Part shown: piece by piece, positions 41,336 to 61,735 of the stretch | Layout: every line of letters begins with the position of its first letter | Numbering within the stretch: the first letter of the stretch is position 1 | From: the human T2T-CHM13v2.0 reference genome, Homo sapiens | DNA: 64,000 bases | Strand: one strand, 5' to 3' | Assembly (NCBI RefSeq): GCF_009914755.1 | Contig: NC_060932.1 | Translations under genes and position numbers: made by a program | Notes under the pieces: model-generated | Told to the model about the DNA's origin: nothing | Seen by the model: only the letters and a program-made list of their open reading frames with translations | Database searches by the model: none

Positions 41336-42069
41336 CTATGGTAAGTGGTCAAGCAATTATTATTATCATTAATATCAGTACATTCTAGGTATTTTCATAA
41401 TGGATATTGGCGTCGCAGTTCTGGATGAGCAGCAAAGTACAATTTAATTTCCATCAGAAATTCTCATCCCAGCTTTATTTCTAAAGTTAAAGTTCTGAAG
41501 GTTAACTTGTATCTCTAAGGTATGTAATTAAATTGACAGCTAGTAGGATTTTACCCAAATGCTTTCCAAAAATTCTTGTCTTTTGTGATATTTCGAAAGT
41601 GAGTATAAAATAGGACTATAATCTGAAGCAAAATTGGATCTTAAGAGACAAAACAGATATTTACCAAACATTCTATTCTGAATTTAAAATCTCTCTTATT
41701 TAAAGTCAATCACAGAGAGAACAGGATCAAGATAGTCATTTTAAGTAGATAGTCACAGGGAAATTATTGAGAGAATGACATCTTAGCCACTGCCTGAAAG
41801 AAGTGAAAATACAAGGTGTGTGAGACTCAAAGGAAAAAAAAAAACAAAACATTTTAGGTAAAGGGAAAAGCCAGTGCCAACACTCTACTATAGAAACAGA
41901 AGCATGCCATAAGTTGGTGGGAGAAGTTCACCATGGGTGCAGGTGATCAGGTGTGCATTGTCTATAGAAAATTGTACAACCATAATAAAATTGATTAAAA
42001 TCAAATTATCTCCTGCACTGACAATTGTAAACATTATCCCTGATAAAATACTTCATGAAAAAAAGGGTT

Positions 42070-48254
<6,185 letters not shown>

Positions 48255-48707
48255 GGGTTGGTCTAAGTTCTAAAAAAAATTGCTGTAATTTCCATTAAAC
48301 GAGGTAGTCTGCTTCCACCAGTCCATCTTTGGTATCCCACTTTGTGGGAACATATCAGAAAGGAACAGCAAGAGGGCAAGTGTGTCTGGATCAGACTGAA
48401 TGAAAGGAAGAGTGTTAGGTAAGGGGATCAATGAAAAATATCATAGCTAGAATGTGTAGGGCTTTGGCCTCTGTGAGGACTTTGGTTTTTACTCTATGTG
48501 AAAGGAGTAGCCATTGGATGGATTATACCAGAGGACTTTCAAGATGTAAGATGTTACTTATGTTTCAACAAACTGATTGTGATGTTGAAAGCATATAGTA
48601 GGGTAGGGGGAGAATGTCTGTGGCAGCAAAAACAATAATGAATGACAATTATTCTGACCATCTCCTATTCACCTCATTGGTGAAGGATGGATTACTTATC
48701 CTACATA

Positions 48708-49132
48708 CTATGAAATGGCCAAACACATGACAGTTAAGGTTGACGGCAGTTTGCTAGTCACAGATGCAGCCCAGGAGAGGAACACACCACACACCATGCA
48801 GGGCCACGTGGAGCTTGCACTCAGGAACCTACAGCAGGTGCTGTGGGAGGTGGGCTTTGCAGTAACAAGTGGGTGATATGCATCATGTGTTTTTCTGAAG
48901 GTTATGATCACTTTGTTTGAATAACTTTGTAGACTGGCAGGGAAGTGAAACCTGCTAGACTGAGATTCAGTTGGGGGTACAGCTGGTCTTACCGATACAG
49001 AAAATAGCTGGGTGGGGACCTTTCCCATTGGGTATGGGGCATATATAACAAGATCAGCGGAACTCACATTTAAGCCTTCGGAGCCCAGTGGGACTCAGAG
49101 ATGTCAAGGCATGACTTGATATTTTATTCTTA
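48708..49132 (-). mobile_element. ERVL-class solo LTR (LTR47-like) inside an L2
   Basis: Distinct block ending ttcttaca with L2-like sequence on both sides (48340-48640, 49133-49350). Confidence 0.55.
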
Positions 49133-50254
49133 CAATACAGTGACAGTGTGGGATAGAGTGGAAGTGGTGAAACTAGTGAGAAGTGAGTACATGTTGAATG
49201 TGTTTGCAAGGTAGAGCCAAGAGTTGTGAAGGAATTGAATGTGGTGTTTGAAAGGGAGGAGTCAAGCATGACACTAAGGTGTTTAACTATATAGCAAATG
49301 GAAAGGTAGAGTGTACATTCACTGAGAAGAATAAAACACAGGAGTAGGTTATGGTATACCCATACAACTGAATACCATGCAGTTGTAACATGCACTGAAC
49401 AAATACACTATTACAGATAAAGAAATATCTTGAGATACAGTAAGTGAAAGAAACAAGGTATGTGGTATCCAATATGGCATTTAGAATTTGTGTTAAAAAG
49501 AAAGAGAAAAAAATATATTAACATTGGCTTGTATGTACATTTAAAAACTAATGGCTACAGAATATGAAAATAAGTAATAACTAGAGTTACCTTTTGAGGG
49601 AGAGGATAGAAACTAAGTGGGTAGAGGTAGGAACAAAAGTGGAATTTACTACATTTTTAATAGTTTCTGATGTTTGTACGATGTGAGAGCATTTTTACTT
49701 TAAAATAATTAAATGTTTTAAAACCTATAGGCAGAAATTCTGTTTTAAGAAGGTATATAGCTGACAGTCCTGATACAGTATCTTCCGAAACTACTATCTG
49801 TTGGAGAAAAATGATCATATTCATCATCATCACAAGAAGGAGGAGGAGTAAGAGCAGTAGGACAAGAAGAAACAATAACAACAATTACAACAACAATAAC
49901 ATACTCAAACTTAAGACCAAGGAAAGAAACGGAAACTCATTCCTGAATTGTAAATATGGCAATGCACTATCTATTGCTATAATTTGGAGATGTATTCCCA
50001 TAAAATCAGACAGAGAGATAAAATTATTGGCTCATGTATGTATTACTTTGAAAGATAATCACCTGAAAAACAGAAGAAAAGTGGAATAAGATTTGCATCA
50101 TGTGGGTGGTAGTAAATCTTCAACAAACCTTTCAGCAGGGACAGAGGATTGTAGCTCTGAGTCTCTTATTTGTAACATTTGACAATTTCCTCCATGAACA
50201 CACTTCCATCATGGCTGATTTCAAGCTATCAACATGACTTCACTAACTTTCCTC

Positions 50255-52970
50255 TAATGGTTTTCCTTTCTTTATGTAGATTTAAGTTTTTGACTCATAT
50301 CATTTTTCTTCTTTCCAAATAACCTCTTTTAACATTTCTTGCAAGGCAGGTCTGTCAGCCACAAATTCCATCAAATTCCTTTTCATTTTACTGAGAAAGC
50401 ATTTATTTCTCTTTCACTTTGGAAGGATGATTTCTCTGGTTCCCAAATTCTAGGTTGTTAGTTTTTCATTTCAATATTTTAAATATTTCACTCCCCTCAT
50501 CATAATTGCATTAAATTTCCATTCTAATAATTCCATCGTTTCTGTCATACCTAGGTCTGGTTCTGATGCTTGCTTGGTCTCATCATGCCGTGCTTTTCTG
50601 TCTTTCAGTGAGTCTTTGCTTGCATGGTTTCTTAATAGATATTTAAAGTAATTCTTCACTTTTTAATCACAAAAAAGTAAGATTTTCTTTCTCCTATGGC
50701 TTCTTTCAAGACTTTCTCTTGTTTTTAATTTTATTCAGTTTGAAAATAATGTGCCTAGGTGCAAATGTTTTGGTATTTATCCTGCTTTCTCTTCTCTGAA
50801 TTTCCTGAAACTGTGTTTTGGTGTCTGTTAATTTTGGGAAATTCTTAGTCATTATTCCCTCAAACATTTCTTCTGTTTGTATGTTTTTTCCAACTTTGGA
50901 TATTTCTATTACACATACATTGCACCTTTTGTAATTGTCCCACAGTTTTTACATTTCCTGGGTTATTTTCATTCTTTTTTCTCTTTGCATCTAAGTTCTG
51001 AAAGTTCTTCAAACTCACTGATTCTTTCCTCAGTTGTCTAGCCTATTGATGAACTAATCAAATACATACTCTATTTTACAGTGTTTTTTATTTCTAGCAT
51101 TTCTTTTTTATTCTTTGAGTTCCTATTGTTCTTCTTTATGTGATCCATTTGTTCTTATATGTTTTCTGCTTTTTCCCTTAGAGCTCTTAGCATATTAATC
51201 ATAATTGCACTAAATTCCCAATCTAATAATTCCATCATTTCTGTCATATCTAGGTCTGGCTCTGATGCTTGCTTGGTCTCATCATACTATGTTTTTCTAT
51301 ATTTCAGTACATTTTGTATTTTTTCGTAAAAAGCTGGTCTCGATGTGCTAAGTAAAAGGAACAGAGATAAACAGGTCCTTAGTATGAGGTTTTATGTTCA
51401 TCTGAGTAGAAGTTATTTGGTGCTTATTGTTTGCTGTAGCTGTGACTGTTAGAGGCTAAAATTTCCTCTGGTTTCCTTGATTTTGTTTCCCCTTTTATCT
51501 TTTGGTTTTTCTAATGACTTCTTAAATAAGGTCTGAGACATGTGGTTCTTTAACTTGTGTCCCCCTGTTATTACACAGGAGCATTACTGATGTGGTGGTA
51601 GAATGTAGGGAAAGGGAAGTGTTCTATAGCACCATGATTAGGTCTCAGGCTTTTGTTAAGAATGTGCCCCAGGCTGTGACCTCATTAGTGCTTCTCAGTT
51701 TTTCCCTTCTTGCATAAGACAGAAAGACTAGAGAGGGCTGTATTTGGATATTCTCTATCTGGTCATACGTTGTTCTCCACATTTTTTGGTTCTTTAGATA
51801 TGGTTTCCTATAGATTTTTTTCAAACATAGTTTTAATAGCTGCTTTGATTTCCTTTGTTACTGACAAAATATAGTTTGTATAATATACTTTATTTCTTTA
51901 CATGTCTCATAATTTGTGTTGAAAACAATAAATTTTCATTAAAATAATGTGTCATATCTGGAAACCAGAAATCTTCCCCCAACATTTGTTTTTGTATCTG
52001 GTATTTTCCTGAGGTAATTCAGCAATGTCTACATTATTTTATTATGCAGCCACTGAAGTCACTGTTCATTTTAGCTTAATAGTCAGATAGCAATTGGACA
52101 AAGACTTTTTAAAATACCTTAAACCAATAAGGCTCCAAAGTTTTTGCAAAAGTCTCTGTTTATGTATCGGGGCACCCCTTTAAAACTCAGGAAGACGTTT
52201 TCTAACTCTGCCTTAGCCTTCACTTGCTGCTTCTGAAGAACCTCAAGGTCATCTTTAATGAGAGTTTAGGACCTTCTGGGCCTTTCCTGAGCATGCACAC
52301 AGCCTTGATATGTGCAATCTTACACATGCATGTGGACTTCTGCTTTTCCAGAAATTTGTTGGAGCTTTTCAAAGCCCCATTTGACATCTTATACTCTGTT
52401 TTTCCCTTTTAGGTTTTTTGGTGAGCTTCTTCTTAGCCCAAACTGGTAATGTTACCTCAGACACATTGATGTTAAACAATTGCCACTGATTGTTTCTGAA
52501 AACTGTTCTATGCATAGGACTACGTGGACACAGTAAAATCTCTGTCATGTCAAATAGAAACAAACTGATTAGGTCTTTATAGAGACCTGCCAGGAAGTCA
52601 AATCGTGATAATTTTATTTGTAGGGGGCTTTTGGGGAGATCTAAACCCATCCTGTTCCTTCCAGTGGCTGCTACATTGTTGGTTTTCACAGCTATAGTAG
52701 TTGTGAGGCTATTGACTTTCAAGAATACCACCAAGGTGGGGAAAGGAGTTGGGAGAGTTAGGGCAAGTTAAAGCTCCACAAGGTTTGCTATTCTTATAAA
52801 CATCCAACCATTTGGGAGGTAATAGCTCCTTGGATTGTTGCAAGACTTTGGTTAACTTCTGGAGTTCTGAACATAATCATTTTGACAGCTTTTGCCAGTG
52901 TTCTCATTAGTTCTATGGAGAAATGGATTTTTCTAAGACTTTACTCTGCCATTCCAGAAGTGAAGCTCCC
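50255..52970 (-). mobile_element. Old L1 (L1MC/L1MD-like) ORF1 and 5'UTR
   Basis: ttttaacatttcttgcaaggcaggtctg, ctgagaaagcatttatttctctttcactttggaagg, ends ccattccagaagtg. Confidence 0.8.
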
Positions 52971-53372
52971 CATGCTTTATTTTTTCACAGCAGTTATCAG
53001 AGTACTTTTTTCAAGTTCTCATCTGAAATAAAATACTGATTATTTAATTGCTTATTGTTCACTTCCAATTAGAATTTAAGCTATAGGAACATAAGTATTG
53101 TTTGTCTTGTTTACTTTTCCATCTATTAGGAATTATGAAAGGTCTATGAGTTTACACGAACTGCTCCCTATCAAATTAGCCTTTAACAGTTTTATGGATA
53201 CTGGCAGAAGACACAGATTTCTGGTTCAGTGACAATGGACTCTATTACTCACTGCATAGCAAGAAGCATAAGCTAATGTTTGTATCAATTCCCCTTGCCT
53301 CTCCGGTCCCTCAAGAATGCACTGCAACCCAGGTAGGTACTATGTACATGGTGAATTTACATCACAGATGAG

Positions 53373-54021
53373 TGTATTAGTCAGGGTTTTCTAGAGGGAC
53401 ATGACTAATAGGATAGATGTATATATGAAGGGAAGTTTAATAAGAAATATTAATTCTTATTAATTTAATAAGAAATATTGATTCACAAGATTACAAACTG
53501 AAGTCTAGTCTGTCTGCAAGCTGCGGAGCAAGGAAGACATTAGTAGACATATGTCTAGTAAAATTACTAGACATATGTCTACTAATAGGCTGTCTGCAAG
53601 CTGCCCAGCAAGGAAGCAAGTCCGAGTCTCAAAACCTCAAAAGTAGGGAAGCCAATAGTATAGCCTTCAGTCTGTGGCCAAAGGCCTGAGAGCCCCTGAC
53701 AAAGCACTGGTAGAAGTCCAAGAGTCCAAAAGTTGAAGAACTTGAGTCTGATGTTCAATGGCAGGAAACATCCAGCACGGTAGGAAGATGAAGGCCGAAG
53801 ACTCAGCAAGTCTGGTCCTTGCAACTTATTCTGCCTGCTTTATGCTAGCTGCACTGGCAGCTGATTAGGTAGTACCCACCAAGATTGAGAGTGGGGCTGC
53901 CTCTTTCAGTCCACTGACTCAAATGTTAATCTCCTTTGGCAACACCTTCACAGACACACTCAGGATCAATACTTTGCATCCTTCAGTCCAATCAAGTTGA
54001 CACTCAATATTAAGCACTACA
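53373..54021 (-). mobile_element. MLT2A (HERV-L) solo LTR
   Basis: tgtattagtcagggttttctagagggac ... caatcaagttgacactcaatattaagcactaca; near-TSD atgag/ataag. Confidence 0.92.
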
Positions 54022-54208
54022 ATAAGAAACCCCCAAATTAAGAACTCAAATATTTTGCAATGGGCTACAAACAAACCTTTGCCCTGGGGGGAAGCATTAT
54101 TTTTCTTATGCAACAAACCTTCCTTTTGTTCTGGAGCGGGGGAACTATCTACCTTCCAAAGCTACTTACTATACAAATACCTCTGAAAATACAGTCTGGA
54201 ACGAAATG

Positions 54209-54515
<307 letters not shown>

Positions 54516-56489
54516 TGGAACAAAACCTTTCAATACATCTGCTTGCAAGATATGCAGAAATACAAGGAACCCATGGACAACTGGCTTCCAACATCCTCCC
54601 AGGCCTAAAACAATATATGACACAATGTATAAATTCAATAGATGTCTTTTGAGTAAAACCTCCAAGAATTTCTATTTATAACAATATATTCTATCTCCAC
54701 AAGAAAGATAAATCTTTTTTTATATCTTGGATATAAAAGGAAGTCTGAGATAAGAAGTTAAGAATCAAAACTTGTAGGAAGATTTGCTACAGGAGAGTGG
54801 CAAGTGGAAATTACAAACTATATTGCCTTTCTCATCTGTAAATAGAAATTATAAATTTACCTGTTAACTTTTCAAAGGATCTCTCAAAGTAATCTCTCTT
54901 AGTCCCTTCTTGACTCAATCTGAAAAGGATGTACTGCTATGTTTTATTAAGGCAAGAACATTTAGTTTAACCATGCAGCTGAGGTCTTTTATGCTTATCG
55001 TATGCAATTCCTAGATATTACATAAAAAGTAGATAATTAAAGAGGTCTAGAATCCAGCTTCTTTGTGGACAAATGGGAAAATATTCAGCTAACTTTCTAT
55101 TTCTGTCTCTTTTCAATCCCAGACCCCCAACTTAAAAAGAGTAAAAATTAAATTTTGGCCTTCAATGTAGATCAAGACAGAGTGGGACTTTTGGCCAGGC
55201 TTTTTCTGGGTCCCTCCAATCAAAATCCTCTAGACAAAAGAGATCCATATACTAGTCCAGTCACACTCTTTGTTATTCTTACCTGGGACTTTGAGCCAAA
55301 CCCTTATATTAAGCCATACATAAATTCCCCCTCAGCCTTGCTTTGTCCTTTGAAAAAGGTAGATGGTTAAGAACAGGATCTGATTTTCAGGACCTTTTCT
55401 GTATAAATATCTATTGGCAGTCTAATTCTGTGCAATACCCAGCACGTAATAGAACAACTATGAAAGAGATGGCTTCTGTGTCTTACAATCATTTTCTGTA
55501 TTCTGCCTCATGTTTTTTTAAAAGCAAATAGAAAATGCTATAAAATACTTATTTACATAATTTAGCAAACAGCAAACATGACAGTGTTCTTTTTCCATAT
55601 CTATATAGTTTTATCTTCAAGAATATTATGCCATTTTCAGTTACAAATTACTTTGTATATATTATACTGCCTTTCCTTGGTATGTTTAAAATTCATATAA
55701 TTTCAGTTGTTGCTTATTTTTTTTTTGTCATTGAGTTGGATTCATTTTGTGTTATCCTGAGAAATACACTTACATTGTGGATCATTTATATGTTCCCTGT
55801 ACAGCTAGCTAGTCTGACATTTAAATTGCTTATTTCAGTAGTTTAAAATCATAAATGTCTAAATTTCTTTATTTAACTTTTATTGAGATTTCTTGTTTTT
55901 CCTCGTGAATGTATTTCTCAGATCAGTAATATTATTTGGAATAATTCTAATTTTATTACTGAGAATATTAATTTTTATATTTTTTATTTTTTTATAATTC
56001 AAACAAACCAATTATTTATCACAAGTGTTCATATGTTGGCAATTACTTTTAAATTAGTTGCTTCTTGTCTTAAAATGTATAATAATTATCTTCAGTGCTC
56101 AAAATATCAAAATAAATAATTATTGCATGACATTACAATATTTTTATATTCTATACTTTTATTCCTCCTGTCTTTGACCTTTTGTTCAACCATAAATATA
56201 CCTCAAACTCCTTAACAAAATCTTGAAATGGTTAATGATGGAATAAATAATTAAAAAGTAAAGACAAAAGAAAGATGTTGCCTCATGATCTTTTGTAGTC
56301 AATATTTTTCTGTTCTTCAAAGGACAATTAAAATATTCTATCAAATCTACACTTGCTCTGCTTATTAAAGCCATTTTTGCATGTAATAGAGAAATATTTT
56401 TAGCAATTCAGAACTTAATTTCTGATTTTAAAAATGCAACAACACCATAGTTCCTAGATAATAATAGACCCTCAAAAATATTAAAGGAA

Positions 56490-56700
56490 CAATTGCTTTA
56501 TTAGCCAGATGTACTGTACTATAAGTACTTTATATCATTTTCTGTAAATTTCCTATTGGATCTGTATAATAATTTTCCCAATTTTTCAGACAAAAATTTG
56601 AGACTCAGATTATACCATCTATGGTAGATAAACCAGAAATTAAAATCAAGTCTTTCCATATCCAAAGCTTATGCTCTTTCAATATACCATGCCACACATT
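56490..56700 (-). mobile_element. MIR SINE fragment
   Basis: cccaatttttcagacaaaaatttgagactcaga ... tccaaagcttatgctctttc. Confidence 0.6.
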
Positions 56701-57015
56701 TCTGTGTATCTTAATTTGGAACAAAGTCTATAGAAAACTTGAACAATCATTTTTTGATGGCCAAGTTATTTAAAAAAAAAAAAAAGGAAAGATTTTTCCT
56801 ATTCTGTTCAACTTTAACTGTCTTTTTTACTTTTAAAATTTTCCAAAAAGTAGCAGAGGTAGAAAAACACTGAAATAGGGACATCACTTGTAAGGTCTCC
56901 TCTTATGAAAGTACTATTTATAGCTTGCAGAATATTTAGTTAGCAAGAGATACTTGTCTTCTTATTATGCAGAGAGTGCTGCATTTTCTGTGACTGACCT
57001 TCTTTTGCATTTCAG

Positions 57016-57087
57016 CGACGATTAAAATCACGATGATATTGCGGTCAGGCCCACTCCCATGACTCTTCCCCACCTTAGCCCAAACCA
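57016..57087 (+). other. Candidate 72-bp non-coding exon
   Basis: Branch-like ctgac, pyrimidine tract, ttcag| acceptor and CCA|gtaagc donor; four CpGs in its first 30 nt; stops in all three frames. Confidence 0.35.
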
Positions 57088-58634
57088 GTAAGCCCTGCAA
57101 TTTCTTTTCAAAATGTCTTATTAGGTGAGAGATACAGTTTGAATTTTAAGATCAAAAGATATGCTAAAAAGAAAGAATCTTTAGTGTTTTTTTACTGAAC
57201 ATTCAAACCCTTGGAGTTTTTCTGTCACTTGCTTTGTGTCTTTCCATACGCTACCTTGTATTTCAAATTTTCTTCCTGGAGCTTTTATAGTTTGTAATCT
57301 GTCCCAGGAGCAGGTTTAAATGACAGGCCTCATGGAATATATTTTTAAGATCTAAAGAGGAAAAGATGGAATACTGCCCAAAGGGAAGAAGTATTTACTC
57401 GGAAAGAGAAATTCTCTAAAGAACACGTGCACCATGAGTAGGTCCACTTTTACTATCCCTGTAGCACCGCTGTGTAGACTTAACAGGCCACGTTAGGTGG
57501 TCAAAGGAGACTTAGGGAAAAAGCAGAGGAGCAGAGCAGGATGATCTTAGGATGGAGAAGAAAAAGAAAAAAAATACATGAAAGCAGTATGGCATGCCTG
57601 TTAAATATGAAAAGAAACCCCAAACCAGTAGATATAATACAGGTGTTAACAATGGGGACCTTAGGTGGGTCAGCCCTGGGGCACCAAACCTTCTAGTAGA
57701 AAAAATATTCAAAGAGAAAAGAACCCTTTCTTTTGAGGCGAGAAGGCTTCAAACACAAAGCATTCTCTCCAGAATAAAATATGTTTGAAAAAGGGAAGAT
57801 CCAATTAAGCTTCCAGAACTGGAATATCTATTAAATTTCCTAAAATGTTGAGTTTAATTATCATCCAAGGTGAATCTAACATGAGAAAAATGGTACCAGT
57901 TACTCAGTCGCTTTGGTAATGACAGGTAGTAGGAGTATAAGAAACCAAAGACTTTGTGGAAACTTGAGACTATTTTCAGGTGAAATACACTGAAGCAAAA
58001 TATAAACATGGTGTTTAGAAAGCTATGGGAAATAATAAAGTTTAACATCACACCTTCCAATTATAATTAAAAATATAATTTTCAAATAAGTAAAATGAGT
58101 CTATACTATGGTCTCAAAATTTTTAAATGTTATTTTTTGAAGTGATTTGTTTTCAAAATGCCAAACAACCTTTTTCTCAGAATACAAATGCTAAAATTAA
58201 AATCTTTGTTAAAAAAATCACACATCAAAAAAATGAAAAAAAGTAATGTTCAAGTAAACTTTAAAATTTTTATTTATATTTCTCTATACTCCCCTTTATA
58301 ATGACATAACATTTTGCAGATGATCTCCTGTGACTGTCGTGAAGACAGTATTTTAGTGGTGTGCCTTTCAGTGGCTGCTATTGTAATACTGTTTCAAAGA
58401 GAGAACTTCATCGTGCTTCTCTCAAAACCTATCCTCCACCCTCTAGGTCACTTTTATAAGGATGAGAAAAGTCCACTTGCAGAAGTGCTATTTGACTGCC
58501 TCTTTTTCACATCTCCCTGACAAAATGCATAAAGTCGTAAATATCACATGTTGATGCACTTTTGTTCAAGATACAGTCTCTGGCTCACAATATTTTTTTT
58601 CCTTTATATGTTACAATGTATGTACATAAAGGTC

Positions 58635-59037
58635 TGTATTAGTCAGCTTGGGCTGCTATAACAAAACAACACAGATTATGTGATTTAAACAACATAAATT
58701 AATTTTCCTACAGTTTTGGAGGCTAGAAATCAGAGCTCAATGTGCCATCAGGGTTGGTTTCTGGTGTGGTTTCTCTTCCTGGCTTGGCGATGGCTGCATT
58801 CTCACTGTGTACTCAGGAGGCCTTTCCTCTGTATGTACACAGTGGGAGAGAGACCTCAGGTGTCTATCCCTCTTATACACACACTATTAGGCCCTAATCC
58901 TAATACTGGATTAGGGCCCCACCCATGTGACCTCATGTAACCATAATTACCTCCCTAAAGCTTCTTTCTGCAAACACAGTCACACAGGGAGTGAGGCCTT
59001 CAATATATGAATTTGATGGACACAATTCAAGCCATAA
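58635..59037 (-). mobile_element. MLT1A/MSTD-like MaLR solo LTR
   Basis: tgtattagtcagcttgggctgctataacaaaac ... gccttcaatatatgaatttg ... gacacaattcaagccataa. Confidence 0.88.
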
Positions 59038-60299
59038 TGATTTCCTAAGATAGTTTTCTCTATCTTTAGTCTCTCATTACTAACTTTTCTTTGGCCTAAA
59101 AATTGTCCAAGTTTCCTTAACTAAAAAAAAAAAAAAAAAAAAAAATTTAAAGATAATGTTTTCTTTCATTAGCCCTTTCCTTGAAACGCCCTCTGTACTG
59201 CTTAATTGTCATTTCTTAGAAGTGAAGTCAAACTTTCCTCATGTCATATTCATAATTCCCTTGCTATAACAATGCATCTGCTCCCACAACTCTACTGAAG
59301 TGGCTCCTTTTATGTTGATTTGCTTTGTTCATCAAATCAAAAAGTTTCTTTTCCATTTGTGTAACCCTTTTGGAAACAACTGAATCTATTGATATTTATT
59401 TTTAAATTACATTTCTATACATCTCATGGTAATGTTATAATTTCTTCTGACATATCACCTGAATTTCTAACCATTCTTTTTTTTTTACATTGTTTCTCTA
59501 TGTAATCCTTAATTCTTGGTATTGTATACAGATGGTCTTCTTCTCATCTCCTATATACTCACTCTCTCTTACTCCAGTGTCTTAGCATACCATTTAATAT
59601 ATTTGTTTCTTCAATTGCCTGGCACCTTTCATAGGCTCCCAGCATCTCTCTCTCTCTTTCTCCTTTCATTTCCCTACTTTAGTCTTCACCACTCTCTTCC
59701 AGCTCCCACAGGGGAGGATCTATTTAACTCAAGACTCTCAGTAGAAAATAATAAAAAGTTATTACTCTGCTAAGTAAAGCCCATTACAGATCAGGTAGTT
59801 CCGATTCATTTTAGAGCCATGCCATCTGGAATACATGGCCTCTAGTATCTCTGGGGTAGGGGACTAGACAGATGGAAGAAGGACAATGGTTCCCATTGAC
59901 CTCAACTCAGAAGTGATAACATCATTTTTCACATTTGCCATTGGCCAGAATTAATCAAAGAACATCAGTCTAACAGCAATGGAGGATGAGAAATGTAGGT
60001 GAGCATGTAGGGTATTTCATGAGCACAGACTTTCCAGGTGACACCACCTCCCACCAAACTCTTATTTCACAGAGAAGACATATGCCATAAGGCAAAAACA
60101 CCCCAACTAATTCTCTTTATGTACAAGCACAACTTTTCTATGTAATTTTTAATATCTATTCTCCCTTTGTTGGCTTTTTTTTCCATTTATTTTCTCATCT
60201 CACTTGTATCTTTAAACCTTTCCTTTATTAGCAATTTCACTTTGGCATATGAACACATGAAAGCCCACTCCTTTCTCCCATTAAAAAGTGGTCATGCTT

Positions 60300-60850
60300 G
60301 ATGATAAATCATCCTTCCAATACTTTTTTCTCTCTTCCCAATTTTACAGCAGAACTTACCAAAAGTTTCACTTATTCTCATTGTCCATATTTTCTCTCCT
60401 TTCATGTACCTCATAACTCACTGCAATCTTGCTATTTTCCTCTTACTTATCTCCACTGGAATTGCATGCACTCGCAACTACTTTGCAGCTAAACAGAATG
60501 AATATTGTTTGTCGTATGTCAAGTTTCTGCAACATTTAATGTTATTGATCAAAATTTCCATCTCAAAAGTCTCTCATGGTAACAACAATAACACATCTTT
60601 ATCTACTACTTTTTCCTCCTATCTCTGGACTTTCTTTATCATTCTCTTCCACTGGGCACTCTTTGTTGCCCAAGAGGTAAATATGTTGCTTTTTAACTGT
60701 CTTCTGCCCTTTATGGATGATCTCAGCTCTAATGGCAAGGATGGTATCTTATTCATTACTGTATTACCACAATTTAGTACCATGTGTGGAACACATTAGA
60801 TTTCCAAAAAATATTTGTTAAGGGACTAGGTGAATGAACGAATGGATAAA
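60300..60850 (+). mobile_element. L2 fragments including 3' end
   Basis: ctcactgcaatcttgc ... aatggcaaggatggtatcttattcat ... aaatatttgtt ... gaatgaacgaatgg. Confidence 0.6.
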
Positions 60851-61697
60851 TAGAAATAATTTCAATTGGAACTTTGAATTATCTTCTGAACTCCAAAAGT
60901 TCACCTTCTTGTTGATCTCAACTAACAGGAATCTTTTCCTAAACTTCCTTCATAGCATTCATGATCCCTCTGAATTCTTGACAGACCATAGAACTATGGT
61001 TTCCAAAAGCTATCTGTGCACTATAATCATCCTGTCATCCGAATTCAATATACATATTTCTGGGTATCTTCTGAGAGCTACTTAATCAGAATCTGTGGCA
61101 ATGAGGTTTAACAAGTTACTCAAATGATTTTTATGCAATAAGCCTAAAATTGGTCCATTTTATGGTCCATGTATGGAAATGACAAACATAAGAGATAAAT
61201 TTTTTTTACTTTGCAAACTTATACAACCCTTCCCTTTAACCCTATCATGTTAAAGAAAGAATATGAGCAGGTACTCCAGGCATCCAAACTTCATAATGAT
61301 TAGATTTTGCATTTTTAAACAGAGTAAAAGTTAAAGCAAAACTTCCCAAGATAAAAATAAAAAAAAGACCACACATTTTCACTAAATGGCCTTGCTTCAG
61401 GAAAAAAAAAAAAGTTAAAGAATTGTAATACTGTCTAACATGGAAAACAAATTTTAAAAATTTTGACCAATAAGCCATATGCTTGGTATTACTTTGCTTT
61501 AGTGTTCTTTTACACCTTACTCAACAGCTTCTATTTTATAATATTCATAAGTAACCAATTTTGTTGAAAAATACCTATCATTTTCATAGAAAATATAAAA
61601 TTTTATTATACTTCCAATTCAACCTACCTTTGATGCTTTATTTTCCACCAAGCAGAAGCATACACCCTATGCTGTAATCAAAAAAGTCTCTTTTGTA

Positions 61698-61699
<2 letters not shown>

Positions 61700-61735
<36 letters not shown>
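61700..61735. repeat. (TG)n microsatellite
   Basis: Directly visible. Confidence 0.97.

Noticed and set aside
57512-58060. Hydrophobic minus-strand ORFs (IFFFFFSIL; LSNWY) reminiscent of SERINC segments
   Set aside because: Driven by A-rich tracts; the LSNWY match is in the wrong exon order; no splice support
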